A stretch of 62,897 nt of DNA, counting the filler, from Octopus bimaculoides (taxonomy: Eukaryota), in NCBI RefSeq assembly GCF_001194135.2. It is 5 parts of 5 records of this genome, joined end to end, with 100 filler letters (N's around TTAATTAATTAA, not from the genome) between each part and the next. Parts side by side here need not be neighbours in the genome. Positions count along the whole stretch, not along the records: positions 18,649 to 32,365 come from NC_068990.1; positions 32,466 to 50,825 come from NC_068984.1; 3 more parts are not named here. The stretch is one strand, 5' to 3'. The notes under the pieces are model-generated. The model made no database searches and was not told where the DNA came from. It was given only the letters and a program-made list of their open reading frames with translations. This document shows positions 24,940 to 37,962 of this stretch, one piece after another. The position numbers and the translations under genes were made by a program. Positions within the stretch are counted from its first letter, which is position 1. Every line of letters starts with the position of its first letter.

Positions 24940-25152
24940 ACGAGCTGGCAGAATAGTTAGCGAACGAGACAAAATGCTTTGCGGCATTCCTTCCGGCTTT
25001 ACGTTCTGAGTTCAAATGTCACCGAGGTCGACTTTGCCTATCATTCCCTTGGGGTCGATAAAATAAGTTCTAGCTGAGCACTGGGATCAATGCAATCCAC
25101 TAATCTCCTCCCCACCAAAATTTCTGGGTAGCCTATAGTAGAAAGAATTATT
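24940..25152 (+). mobile_element. SINE family A, full length
   Basis: gacgagctggcagaatagttagc...gaggtcgactttgcc...agtagaaagaattatta. Confidence 0.85.
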
Positions 25153-25282
25153 ACAGGTGTTATTGCAGTTTTTAGAGTTTGCAGTTTCTTTAGTCTTAGG
25201 AACTGAGCTAGTTTTACTAATTGTAACAGTAGTGTTACTGTTCCTCCCAAAATTTTTATTTTCATCTGGTTCTAGAAAGAAG

Positions 25283-25530
25283 TAACAGTGCTTGGCCTAG
25301 TGATCAGGGTGTTGCACTCATAATTGCTAGATCCTGGTTTCAATTCCAGGATCGAGTGATGCATTGTGTTCTTAAGCAAAATGCTTCATTTCGTTGCTCC
25401 AGTCCACTCAGCTGTAAAATGAGTGACGTAACCCTGTGGCGGACTGATGTCCAGTTCAAGGGAGAGTGTTGTGATCTCGGTCACTTATACGACATGGAAA
25501 TCTGGTGACCGTCCTTATGAGTCCCATCAC
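25283..25530 (+). mobile_element. SINE family D
   Basis: tggcctagtgatcagggtgttgcactc..ggtttcaattcc..ttgctccagtccactcagctgtaaaatgagt. Confidence 0.75.
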
Positions 25531-25539
25531 TTGATTTAA

Positions 25540-27330
25540 TAATGTTCAGAACCTTAGTTTTTCTTGATAAAATCGTTTGGGGCTGCAGCCGAACCGTTTG
25601 TTTTTATCAGAGAATTATTGTCGCATTTCATAACGTCGGGGTACTTTGCGAAATAGAATATTTTGTTTCCGGTATTCCTATATTTCTGATATTTCTATCA
25701 TGTTATTTATATTTCTCTTCACTATTTATTTCATTAGGTATTCTTAATTTTTTTCTTTCATGTTCTATCCTTTAATAGTCATTTTCCTTTTACCCGTCGT
25801 TTGTTTGGGTTGGAGCATTCCTGTATTCGTTGCCTTTGTACTCTCGTTATTTATTGCTACTGTGGCTACTACACGTATATTTGGTTTAACGTGGTGATAT
25901 ATATGTTTGTGTCTGTTTCAGTGTAAAATCATCACTTTTACACTTATTATTGTTACTATTCTATTATATCTATTTGGTCGTCTTAGGTTTGGCCCAAAGG
26001 AAGAACTATCGATTTTTATTTTCTTTTTTAATATCTCCACTGTTAAAGTATTGTTATATTCAGAATTTACATCTTTAGAATGTTATTTACTTAAATCATT
26101 CCCGCATTCTCTTTTATTCAAATTTTTGTTTATGTTGTTCTGATTTGGCTTTTATTTGGTTAGTATTCTATAGGTATGAGAAGTTTTGATTCTGTTATAA
26201 TTTTGTCTGACATGTACTAAATTTATCTTCCTGTTAGATATTAACAATGTTTTCAACTTTAATGGTTTTCGTTTCGTTGTGTATATAATTGTAGCTTATT
26301 TTGTTTTGTTCGTTGTTTGCACTTTCGTTATGCATTCTTTCTTTTAAGTATTCTACGTCTGATATAATTTGCTTTTGAGAATGTATCTTCTTAAATTAAC
26401 TCGTCTGTATTACTAATTTTATCATCATGTTTCGTTTCCAAAAGTTTTATATTCCCGAAGAGCGAACAACATTATCTTTCAGAAGTGAAGACTGTTTTAA
26501 TGTACTGCATCATCTTTGTTTTGTTCTGAGATTTCTTTTGTTATTTCGGTTTCCATTTTAATGGGTTGTCTGTTCGATGTGTAGAATGTCTTAAATGAGT
26601 TGTGTTAGTTTTCAGAATGGTGATTGTATTTGAATTGTGTTACATTGTGCGGTGATTCCGTAGCGTTTGTGTTGTGTGGGCTATGATCTTTATCGGGTAG
26701 TGATTGCATTGAGTGGTATTTCTCAAACATACAAATACCAGTCATACTCCAGGATCATTAGCCAAATTCTTCGCTTCCTACCACCCCCTTATTAGTATGA
26801 AATGACAATAGAACTTGCTTCCATTAAATTCTTTTATTTTTACCATGATGTTGGTCGATCTTTAAAAACTCATTTTTGTTAAGCATGCTAATTTATCTCT
26901 CACCTTACAATTCTAAGAACCAGCCTATGTTGCGTGTATTGTTCAGAGAGTGTAGTGTGTCAGATGTATTCTTGAAATGAAAGTGTCTTGTGACAGATGT
27001 TGGTAACACTTGGCAGGGATACGGTTTGGACTGTGTGCAGAGTTGTGAACTCTTTTACTTGGTTCGACTGTTGCCAAGCTGGGGCACCGCCTTAAAGTGT
27101 TTGTTGGAACGAATCGACTCAGAATATCTTGCCGTTATTAAACGTGATCCTTGGTGTTGTTACTTTGTATCCTTCCAATGTCAACTTTCTTCTTCAATCT
27201 TTCAGATTCATTAAAATAAAGAAACCTGTTGAGTATTGTTTCCTGCCCAGCCTGAATATTATAAACCTTGTATTTATGATCAAAATTATTTTCATTTTGA
27301 TTAATGACCTAGGGGAGGGGCTCAGCAAGA
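25540..27330 (-). mobile_element. Probable ancient LINE ORF2 relic (endonuclease/linker region)
   Basis: Strongly A-rich minus strand with broken Lys/Asn/Ile-rich frames; no unambiguous catalytic motif recovered by eye; SINE-B scrap at 27055-27125. Confidence 0.35.
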
Positions 27331-27779
27331 CTTTTCTTTTGTAGTTTCTAAAGAAGGAAAATAGGAAATAAATATCGATAGATATTGTTCCGTTTACAGA
27401 AAATTGTATCGCTTTGGAAAGTTGTCTTGGTCCACTCATATTAATAAGCTGTTCGTATCTTGACAAAAGTGTATCAGATCAATAGCTAAACCATTACAAC
27501 TACTTAGCTTCCCGTCTGGCTTGTGCACGGTAAAACTGTCAATTTATAATGTTGTGTCAGTTATTACAATAACCTTGTCGTTTTTGATGTGTAAAATGTG
27601 TGTCGGCGTTTGTTTCTTGTATATAATTATATATAATTAATCTATCAACGTAAATGTTCCATAGCATATTTTCATTAAAAAAAATTCCAGTCGTAACCAC
27701 AGTGTTTTTTGCTGACAGCATATTTAAAGCAACATTAGCCACCCATTTTGTAAATATAGTTTGGTTTGATTTGAGGGAA

Positions 27780-28670
27780 ATTTGGCTGTTATTTTTGTAA
27801 GACAAATTGACCACATTAGTGTTCAATCATTCGTTTCATAATTTTTAACTATTTTCTAATTGTTCATCAGAAATCTTTCTTCATTTGCATATCAGTTTTG
27901 TGACGACAACTTTAAAATTGTATGTTTATCTTAAGAAAATTTATTCAATTTTATTTGAATAATAATGATCATTCTTTCGACTATAGGCCTTTCAATTTCG
28001 TCCACCAGACAACCTCTTTCACCACAACCACCAGGCAAAGGAAAACTACCATACCTGCTCGGCAGGTGTTGGGTAACTATCTTTGTAGACTCGGCCGACA
28101 GACGGATCCGTCCGACACGTGACAGAAGCTGTTGGACATAACTCTACAAGTCAGGAATACCCAGATACTGTAGTTTGTGTACAACGGTTTCGTCGTTCTG
28201 CGTGTACCTCGGAAAAGTCCGTCTGACAACACATTCATACCTATAGATTTTATCTTGAACTAGTAGCGCCCCTTATCAGCACTGCCAGGCCAAGGACGTG
28301 TGAAAATTACCCGTGGTAGTCCTCGACCGGAAAGTCCTCCGGTACAGACTAGCCAGATCGTTTTCGTCGATGCCCTAAGTCTCCCCGAGAACGTCGTCGT
28401 ACTTCCTCGCCGCCAATCTTCTATATATTGCTAAAGTAGAACATCCACCGTTCTCACTGCCTGACTGGTAGAGGGCTTTGAGCACTTGACGACATTGTAG
28501 GTGCCAGGCACTCCGTCTCGGTCTTTTCTTACTCAAGGACTGCAGCTCCGTCAAGGAGATGAACTGCAGAAAAACGTACCTCACAAACGGAGCCCACATA
28601 CGCTAACTGTCCAGAAACCGTTACGAGTGGCACAACCTACGCGTGTGTCTGCACATTAGAAGCCACAGCA
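27780..28670 (-). mobile_element. Tx1/L1-like LINE 3' end, older copy
   Basis: WAPFVRYVFLQFISLTELQSLSKKRP aligns with WSPFVRRAFPQLVSLTELQSWIKQRP at 31345-31749; collinear through the zinc-finger region. Confidence 0.8.
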
Positions 28671-28677
28671 TGCCTAA

Positions 28678-28843
28678 AGTCCATTCAGAGGATAACTTTA
28701 GGGGAGGAGGTTAGTCGATTACATCGACTCCAGTGCGTACTGGTATTTATTTCGTCGATCCCGAAAGGATGAAAGGCAAAGTCGACCTTGACAGAATTTG
28801 AAGTCAGAATGTAAAGACGGACGAAATGCCGCTAAGCATTTTT
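28678..28843 (-). mobile_element. SINE family A
   Basis: gtcgattacatcgactccagtgcgtactggta..gatgaaaggcaaagtcgacc..gacggacgaaatgccgctaagcatt. Confidence 0.85.
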
Positions 28844-28965
28844 CNNNNNNNNNNNNNNNNNNNNNNNNNNNNNNNNNNNNNNNNNNNNNNNNNNNNNNNN
28901 NNNNNNNNNNNNNNNNNNNNNNNNNNNNNNNNNNNNNNNNNNNNNNNNNNNNNNNNNNNNNNNNN

Positions 28966-29042
<77 letters not shown>

Positions 29043-29044
<2 letters not shown>

Positions 29045-29340
29045 TGAGTGGATTTGGTAGACGGAAACTGAAAGAAGCCCGTCGTATATATGTATATATA
29101 TGTATGTGTACATATGTTTGTGTCTGTGTTTGTCCCTCCCAGCATCGTTTGACAACCGATGGTGGTGTGTTTACGTCCCCGTAAATTAGCGGTTCAGTAA
29201 AAGAGATCGATAGAATAAGTACTAGGCTTCCAAAGAATAAGTCCTGGAGTCGATTTGCTCGACTAAAAATGGCGGTGCTCCAGCATGGCCGCAGTCAAAT
29301 GATTGAAACCAGTAAAAGAGTAAAAAGAGAGTAAAGAGTA
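29043..29340 (+). mobile_element. SINE family B 3' two-thirds, young, after (AAT)n 28967-29043
   Basis: gtgagtggatttggtagacggaaactgaaagaagcccgtcg...ggcggtgctccagcatggccgcagtcaaatga + (gtaaaaga) tail. Confidence 0.9.
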
Positions 29341-29959
29341 ATGATGATGATGATGATGATGATAATAATAAAAATAATGAGAAAAAGAAGAAGAAAAAGA
29401 AGAAGAAGACGAGGTGGAGGAGGAGGGGCAGAAACAGGTGCAGAAGGAACATGAGGAGCAGGAGCAAGAGCAGCAGGAGCAGGTGTAGGAGGAGCAGGAG
29501 TAGGAGGAGCGGGATGGCAATACTAAATCAATTACCAAGAGAGACTTAAATGAAGTGAAGTTTCTATTAAAAGAATATTCGCCGTAACATCTATAAATGT
29601 GCATACTTCCAGTATGCTAATGATTCTGTCTGCAACTAATGCACATTTTCTAATCTACATAAAGCACTCGGTTATTTTATACGTCACCAATCATTGTTTA
29701 GGATAATATTTCAGTGATTAATTTTATTATACATTGCATTTCAGCTTTCTGCGTCGTTGCGTAGACGAGAAATGAATATTCTGCGGAAGCGGACGATAGT
29801 CTACCGCAAAGAAAGTTTTTCATATACAAGAAACTGAATTTGATATAACATGTAAAGAAGGCGGCGTGCTGGCAGAAGCGTTAACACGCTGAGCAAAATG
29901 CTTCACAGAATTTTGTTCCTATTTACCATTTGAATTCAAATGGTAGTGCCTATAAGAGA

Positions 29960-30215
29960 AAGCAGCACTCCGTCGGTTACGACGATAACAGTTCCAGTTG
30001 ATGCGATCACGGAACAGCTTGCTCATGAAATTAACGTGCAAGTGGCTGAGCACTCCAGAGATACGTATACCCTTAATGTAGTTTTCAGGGAGATTTAACG
30101 TGACACAGAATGTGATAAGGCTGGTCTTTTGAAATACAAATAGGACTCATTTTTGCCAGCTGAGTGTACTGGAGCAACGTGAAATAAAGTATCTTGCTCA
30201 AGGAAGTGAACGCAC
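29960..30215 (-). mobile_element. SINE family D-related fragment
   Basis: gaaattaacgtgcaagtggctgagcactcc...cagctgagtgtactggagcaacgtgaaataaagtatcttgctcaagg. Confidence 0.7.
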
Positions 30216-30719
30216 GTAAGCAAATAAAAATATTACGCAATCCTTCAGTTGCGCTACTGCTGCGTATTACAATCACAATATCAGTGGGAGTCTTCACGCG
30301 TTAAGTCTACTTTTGAGGAATAGCAACGCAGTTGTTCTGAAGTCACACCTTAGTTTTGCAAAAAAAAAACAAAAAAAAACCCTTGGATAATGTAATCTTA
30401 AATATTCTGTGTAAAATCCATTTTAAAAAATTCAAAAAGAAAAAGTGTAGAAAAAGACAAGATCAGTCATGGGAGATGACATGGTATTAAAGAAGAATAA
30501 CGGACAGATGCACAGCCAGACAAACACATACATGCACATACAGTTATATATACGCACACACAAACATATATACATTTATTTCATATATACATATATCCAT
30601 GCATACATGCATGCACATAAACATACATGCATTATATACATACAGACACATAAATACATCCGAATATGCAGATACGTACATATACATACATGAAACTTTC
30701 CAAAAGTTTGAAATGTAAG

Positions 30720-31770
30720 TACATATGCAAATGTCTAGACATGTAATTAAATGTATCAGTATATATACAGGAAACGAAACACACATTTCCACATACGCTG
30801 ATTCCATAGACACGTACATACACATTCTTTCTTGGAATTCCAATGAAAGAGACCTGGGTCTTGTTTAGTAAGAAATTTAGAAATATAATTAAATAACAAC
30901 GTCAAAGTGGTTCCGCCATTCATGCATGTCATCTTGGCTGCATCCATCCACCTTTTATTAAATTTTTCATTAAACAAAACTTCCTTCTCTACTCTTACCT
31001 TCCTTTTCAAGTGATACTTGAATAAGTTGATGAGAGGTTGGCCAGAGAGGAAAGTATTTGTCTCTAAACCTTTCAAACGAGTCCACCATACACTTTCTTT
31101 CACCATAGCCACCAGTACGATGAAAACTGTCTTGCCTTCCCGGTTAAAAGAAGGTGGTGGGGCAATATTTACGATAGAATCGGCTGACAACCGGACTCGC
31201 CCCACATGTGACAGCAGCCGTTCGACATAGGCCCACAGGTCTGAAATATTTGGGCATTGCACGAGTGCGTGCAGAGCGGTTTCGTCGTTCTGACCGCATC
31301 TCAGGCAGGTCGATCCGGTGTTTCTTGAACCGTGTCTGTAGACTTTATCTCGAACGGGCAATGCTTCTCGATAGCACTGCCAGTCCAAAGATCTCTGGAA
31401 ATTGTCCATATGTCCTGGCCTGAAAGTGGTCCTGAAGAGGCGGGTATCCCTCGTTGACGCCCAGAGTCTTCTCAAGAACATCGTTGCCCATCTCCTCCAC
31501 TAATCCTTCATAGAACGCCTTTGTGGAATTGAAATCGCACAAGTTTGAACCCGGATGGCAGAGCTGCTCGAGAGCATGGCAACACTCACGTTGCCATTCG
31601 CCCAGCTTCGGTCTCTGCTTGATCCACGACTGCAGTTCGGTCAATGAGACGAGCTGCGGGAAAGCGCGTCTCACAAACGGCGACCACACCTGTGCACCGT
31701 CGTCTATGAAACGCTGGAGATATCGCAGTCTCAGCGCATGTTTGTACAAATATTTCGTAGGCCAGGAGTT
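30720..31770 (-). mobile_element. Tx1/L1-like LINE, 5'-truncated: ORF2 C-terminus with zf-RVT CCHC finger, one frameshift near 31440
   Basis: ORFs 31345-31749 and 30756-31481: LDWQCYREALPVRDK..CLRCGQNDETALHALVQC..VWWTR; no RT core retained. Confidence 0.87.
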
Positions 31771-32327
31771 AAAACCAGAAATAAAACAAACAAATCTTCT
31801 AACAAAACCTTCAGTAGGATTAGCAACTCTATATGCTTTACAAGCATAGGGGTTTCAAAGTTATCAACAGGAACTGCAGTTAGAGGTGTTAGTCACGTAT
31901 GATAACCAACAGACGTTCATGCTGGGTGTCTGATCCAATAAATCATTTTGTTGGGCGTTGTAAAATTCTCTCTGGTGTATTTAAAGTTCAGGTTATTGAT
32001 CATTTGCAGTAATTTTGTTGCTATTGTTGTTGTAGTTAATTCTTCTGCTGTTTTTACAGTGTATGTTGCGATTGTTGGTGTAGTTGATTTTTCATATTTA
32101 GGATTGGTGACGCCCAATAGGGTGGAGTCATTCATATGTCCCTTTGATGGCATGAATGTTTTTGAAAAAACGTACATATTCATATTTGAGTAAATAAACA
32201 CGCACACATACCAACATGCTCACGCGTTTAGGTATATACCAACATGAACAAACATACATAAAGGTATATACTAACACATACCCATATGTACATACATATT
32301 CATATATGTATGTGTGTGTGTGTGTGA

Positions 32328-32365
<38 letters not shown>

Positions 32366-32489
32366 NNNNNNNNNNNNNNNNNNNNNNNNNNNNNNNNNNN
32401 NNNNNNNNNTTAATTAATTAANNNNNNNNNNNNNNNNNNNNNNNNNNNNNNNNNNNNNNNNNNNNATATATATATATATATATATATAA

Positions 32490-33060
32490 TCTAATACATA
32501 TGTGGAAAATCGGCTTGTGTTTGTTTGTGGCGTTGTTATCTAACTCCTCCTACATCGTTTCAAAGATTGTAATGAAACTTGACACGTGAGTAGAAATCAT
32601 GTATGGAAACCTCTTGACATACTTAGGTTGTTGAAAAAATTGATGATGCTGCCCCAGGAAGCTACGTTTATAGCTAATTTTTTTTAAACTTCCAAGGGAA
32701 ATAACCCATACTACCTGATCAATATTTTTTTTAAACACTCAAAGGAAATAACCCATTTCATTGTTTATGTTTGACTACTTTGAATATTGATATTTTGTGC
32801 GTCCAATTTCCAATTTTTGCAGACAGTATCAGTTTTTTACTTTATTTGACATGTAAGCAGAACTTATGTCTGGAAACCTAGTGACATACTTAGATTGTTG
32901 AAAAAAATCTATAATAAGGCCCATCCAATGGATCTTCCTATCTACTACATATTACTCATATTTTATTTAAACAACCCAAGGGAAATAACCCATACCACCT
33001 GCAGTTTTTAGCAAAGCGGTCAATGTTTGATTCTCAGAATCAGCCGACCTAATTCTGCAT
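32490..33060 (+). mobile_element. Helitron-like 5' portion with internal duplication
   Basis: a|TCTAATACATATG start; 32611-32755 and 32869-33000 are diverged direct repeats; no CTAG end identified. Confidence 0.45.
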
Positions 33061-33721
33061 TTCACTACTCAGCGTTTTGATCTGCTAAACATTATTATTG
33101 TACTTCCTTAATTTGAATCTCTTCATTCATACATTTCTATAAATACATACTTTTTTGAATGCCCATTACTCCAATAATTCTGCATTTTTACAGTTACACT
33201 TTCTCCATGACAGTAGATAATTTATTTTTTCCACAATGTATTAGTAGTGGCTTCATGCAGGCATAGTGTGGATTCAATCCTTGATTGCCAAATTTCACTT
33301 AACACTTCAACAGTGCTTTTCTCACAGTAAAACAATAGTTTTTCTGTGAGCGATAATCCCTCTCACCAACCTCCGAAAACGTCTCTCGGCAACCTCCTGC
33401 AGCATCTCTAGACAACCTCTCTTGCCAGCCTCCAAAAACCTCTCTCGCTGACATTCAACAATCTCTCCCTCCTCTAGTTGACAGTTTTTGTATTTTTTTG
33501 TGACGGAAAATACACCTTTTGTGACAGTCATAATGAAATTGCTTTCTTATATCAGAGTAATAAGGCGTTTCAATAGAACATCTTTACCCCTAGGAATTAC
33601 CAGGTACACCAGCTAGTATATACCTATCTTTTTTTCTTTTTTTACTTGTTTCAGTCATTTAACTGTGGCCATGCTAGAGCACTGCATTTACTCGAGTAAA
33701 TCGACCCCAGGACTCAGTGGT

Positions 33722-34228
33722 GATGATGCAGACAGAACCTTTTGAAAGCTACTGTTGGACATCGGTAATGGCACTTCGGTTGGGTAGAAGGATGGCCCTG
33801 TAATCTTGCCTTTTGGTCACATGATATGTGATTTAAAGGAACTAATGAATAAGGTGTTTCATAACATTAGGAATCAATTTACAGATCACAACTGGCTGAA
33901 AACCTGTGCCATTTTAGCTCCCAAAACTTCTGGAACAGTTGCCAAGTGAGCGTCACATCTACAATTCCATTGACACTTGAATAGCCTAACACCACCCAGC
34001 CTCCCACTTCACATCTTGTATATCAAGATTGGGACACCAGTTATGCTCCTTTGACACCTCGATCCACCAAAGCGTTGCAATGCACATGACTTATAATAAA
34101 GAAGATAATGCTAACAGTCTTGGAAACAACAATTTTGACTGGTAAAGGAAGTGGTGTGCCTGTATTCATTCCTAGAATTCCACCTATTCCCTCAGATATG
34201 CCTTTCCAGTACAAGTGCCTGCTATTTC
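33722..34228 (+). pseudogene. Helitron PIF1-family helicase fragment
   Basis: LLLDIGNG..ELMNKVFHNIRNQFTDHNWLKTCAILAPK / LLEQLPSERHIYNSID / LNSLTPPSLPLHILYIKIGTPVMLL*HLDPPKRCN / TILTGKGSGVPVFIPRIPPIPSDMPFQYK; stops and deletions. Confidence 0.9.
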
Positions 34229-35889
34229 TAATAGTGAAGTTGAATATCATTTGCTATTATTACCATCATTATTATCATTATAATAATTATTTCTAATATA
34301 GGTACAAAGCTACAGATTTGTTGAGAGGGTGCAAACGGTTAATCTTTATCTTGTATTTTATATAATCTACAAAGTTTCCTCAAGTATTGACTAAGTAGAT
34401 TTATCTCTGCCTTAGCTACTTTTTCTACTTTTATCTTCTGACTGTTTTTCATTTATTGTATTTATTTACAATGTGCAACACCCATACCATTAGTATTGGC
34501 TAATTTGTGGTATTGCATTGTTAATGTTTCTAATAGTGTATGTTAGATGCTCTTTTATTGTTGATGAAACAACACATTTTGCCTAAATGATTTAATGCAG
34601 TTGTTGGTTTTTGGCTGTTTCTCAGTATAGGTGCTGCCTCCATGAAATGTACTGATTCTAACTTCACCTCTTGAGCCTGCTTTGAGATTTTCATTTATTA
34701 TTTTTCGCTATTATAAAATATGGGTATTTTTCTGATACTTACCAACTCTCAAGGCTTATAGCACTATATATGATATCTTAGTCTTATAACCTTCAAGCAT
34801 GTTCACCTAAGCTCTTTCTTTCAGATGTTCAGGCTAATTTATGCAGAAATTCATGTGAATGCTATTTCCTTAAAAAAATCTTTAAATGATTTAAGTACAG
34901 ATTCTAAAGAGACACGTTATCATTTGTTTATTAATGTTCTGTTTATAATTCTCTTGCTCTTTTCCCCTTTGCTAATTTTCTGCTCAGCAAATTGCTCAGC
35001 TACAATGTGTATGTTTATGCATTGATATTGACATGATGAAACAAGAATATATGCATGTGTGTGTATGTGTGTGTGTGTGGGGGGGATACCTGCTTCAAAG
35101 GAAAATATATTGACACAGCTAAGTATGATTGTCATAAAGAAATGGTTCTGTTTTTAGACTAATGAAATTTATCCAGTTTGAATAGTACTGAAAAATTAAT
35201 CTTTTCATGGCTTAAAACAGTAATGTTGCAGGACTTTTAGGTCACATCTTCACTGTTTGTAGTTCATCAAAAACAAATCAGCTACTACCCATGGCTGGAA
35301 ATTACAAGCGAGTCAAATGAAATGATACAACCAGAAATAAAACATATATTTCAGACACAATCTGCCAGAAGTTTATTATCAGTGTTTTTTATTTTTGTTC
35401 TTGTAAGATTGAAAGTCCTGTTGCAATTAACACAAAATTCATCTTAATTTTTATCCATTTTATCATTTTTTTAGAGAAAACAGTTTCCTTTATTTTGTAA
35501 TGCAGTTTAAGTGCATCTGACATTCAAATTATCATTGTAGATTAATATCAACAGTTTTTTAGTTGCAATATCAGTGATTTTTGTTTACTGAATGGTTTAC
35601 TGAAACAGGACCATTTATAAGGCTTCTGTGACTGTTAGAAGGAATGGAAGAAATTACCTTCTGATTAGAGGTCTAGCTTGAATACTTGTAGTGGAATGGA
35701 CTCCATTATAAGCACCCAAAGATTAGGTGATGGTGTTAAAGCAAATGACATCTACTAATCAAGGATAGTAACAGTCCCTCCAATAAGTTTCCATTGAATA
35801 TCTATCTGTCCCCAAAATTTTACTCACATGGCTTTGCAAAGTGGGATCTGTTACAATCCCATGTTGTTGTGAAGTGAACTTTTTACTCT

Positions 35890-36047
35890 CACACAAGCTT
35901 CTTTTAGTTTTTGTTTACCAAATCCACTCACAAGGCTTTGTTTGGCACATGGCTGTAGTAGAAGACAGTTGCTGTACAGTGGGGATTGAACCAAAAATCA
36001 TATGTTTGGAAAGCAAACTTCTTAACCACAAAGCCATGTCTGTGCCT
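35890..36047 (-). mobile_element. SINE family B, 5' half
   Basis: accaaatccactcacaaggctttg..tagtagaagac..gattgaacc..cttaaccacaaagcca. Confidence 0.8.
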
Positions 36048-36913
36048 ACAACAATCATTCGTCATATTTTAATGCAACCTGTATTTGTGGGTTGGTATAT
36101 TACATGTATATGTATCATCACAACCACCATCATATTTCTGTTTTTATATATTGAGCTAGTTAGTCACACTTCTTTTAATGCTGGCTTTTACTAGTTCCCA
36201 AGGTTTTCATGGTTTAACCCATACTCACATTTACCTTCTACCAACAACTCATTAACTCTTTTAGTTACCCATCCAATTGCTTTCTCAAGTAGCTTCTTGA
36301 GTTTAGTTGGTTGAGTAGTAGTTGATTGTGTTGTTAAGAAGCTAACATTTGTTGTAAATTTGACTTCAGAAGTGCAAATAAAAAGAAAATGATAAAAAGA
36401 GGAAGTGAGAAATTTTTAAAGGAAAATGTTTGTGTGAAAAGTATTCTAGGATGGAGGATATTTTTATTTTATGAAATGTCAATCAGCAGTGTGCTGATAT
36501 GAATATTTAAATGCAATTTATAATTGTAAACTAATTATAAATATTAAGGTTACAGAAGCAAATTCTAAGTGTGTAACAAAGAAAAAAAAACAAGCAAGAA
36601 ACAAAACAAAGCAAGTCACTGACATGATCTGGATATAATTCCAATCTTGTTACAAAATAGTATATCTTATATAATATTAAAAAAAAATCCTCAGTGAAAT
36701 TATATTCTCTTCAAGAATATTATAAAAGAAAATTATTTATGAGCACAACTAACAAAGCAAATTCTATATTACCTGATTATAAGAAATGTTGATTGATTTA
36801 TCTATTTTCAGTGAACCCCTTGGTGAATAGTGTGTAATATTTGTTTTAGGATATTTATTTTCACCATGGATTATGTATTTTTGACAAATGAATTAGTTTG
36901 CTTTTATACTACA

Positions 36914-37004
36914 CTAGCAGAAATACCCAGCGTTGCCCGGGTTAAAGAGAATAATGAAATCTAAAAACGCCGTCTAGACTACGCATCATCTTTATATGTA
37001 GAGA
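36914..37004 (-). mobile_element. Minimal non-autonomous Helitron, 91 bp
   Basis: Minus strand a|TCTCTACATATAAAGATG...ACCCGGGCAACGCTGGGTATTTCTGCTAG|t: both termini, hairpin and AT target present. Confidence 0.82.
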
Positions 37005-37962
37005 TGTATATACACACACGCACCCAAACACACGTATATATATGTATATCAATATAAATATATGAAAGTCAATGAAGTTTCGTAAAAGAAGGTGATCATG
37101 TACATACTTTCTTGCTGTTGTGATTATAACACCTCATTGTTCCTTGTTTTCCCTTGTGGAGCATATACAAATAGGTTTTTTGTTGCTGCCCACTCTTGAG
37201 CAGCCAACATNNNNNNNNNNNNNNNNNNNNNNNNNNNNNNNNNNNNNNNNNNNNNNNNNNNNNNNNNNNNNNNNNNNNNNNNNNNNNNNNNNNNNNNNNN
37301 NNNNNNNNNNNNNNNNNNNNNNNNNNNNNNNNNNNNNNNNNNNNNNNNNNNNNNNNNNNNNNNNNNNNNNNNNNNNNNNNNNNNNNNNNNNNNNNNNNNN
37401 NNNNNNNNNNNNNNNNNNNNNNNNNNNNNNNNNNNNNNNNNNNNNAAAGAATGGTAACCTCGATAACGTGTGACATCATTTTCTAAATAATGCTCATCTG
37501 TTATGTTCGGGTTAAAATTTCATCAACATCAAAAATATATGAATTTTCATGGGAGTTATGGCCGTTATGCAAAGAATATAATTTCCAAATTTCATAAAGA
37601 TCCATTCAGTACTTTTGACGTAGTTTTGGATAAGAAAACAAATGACTAATGTGTGTGTTTGTGTGCATGTGTATGTGTGTGTGATGGGTGTATATATGTA
37701 TAGATATCTGTATGCATGTATATATGTATATATGTGTACATATTACATAACACATTTAACTTTATTCCTCACATCCCACACATAAACCAAACATATATCA
37801 CTTCTATATGAAACGATTTAAAATGATAGCCAACTACCTCTCTGTAGAGTACAGCAGCAAGACATCTAAAATGGCCCATGATAAGAATCTGTGCTCTCAT
37901 CTACTCTTTTTAACTTATACCTATAAGAAGCCAGCTTTGCCAACCCGGTTCTTTTCACTCCA

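Noticed and set aside
27825-27875. Minus-strand CTGATGA...GAAA
   Set aside because: Lies in LINE coding remnant; mismatched helix II and no UH cleavage site.
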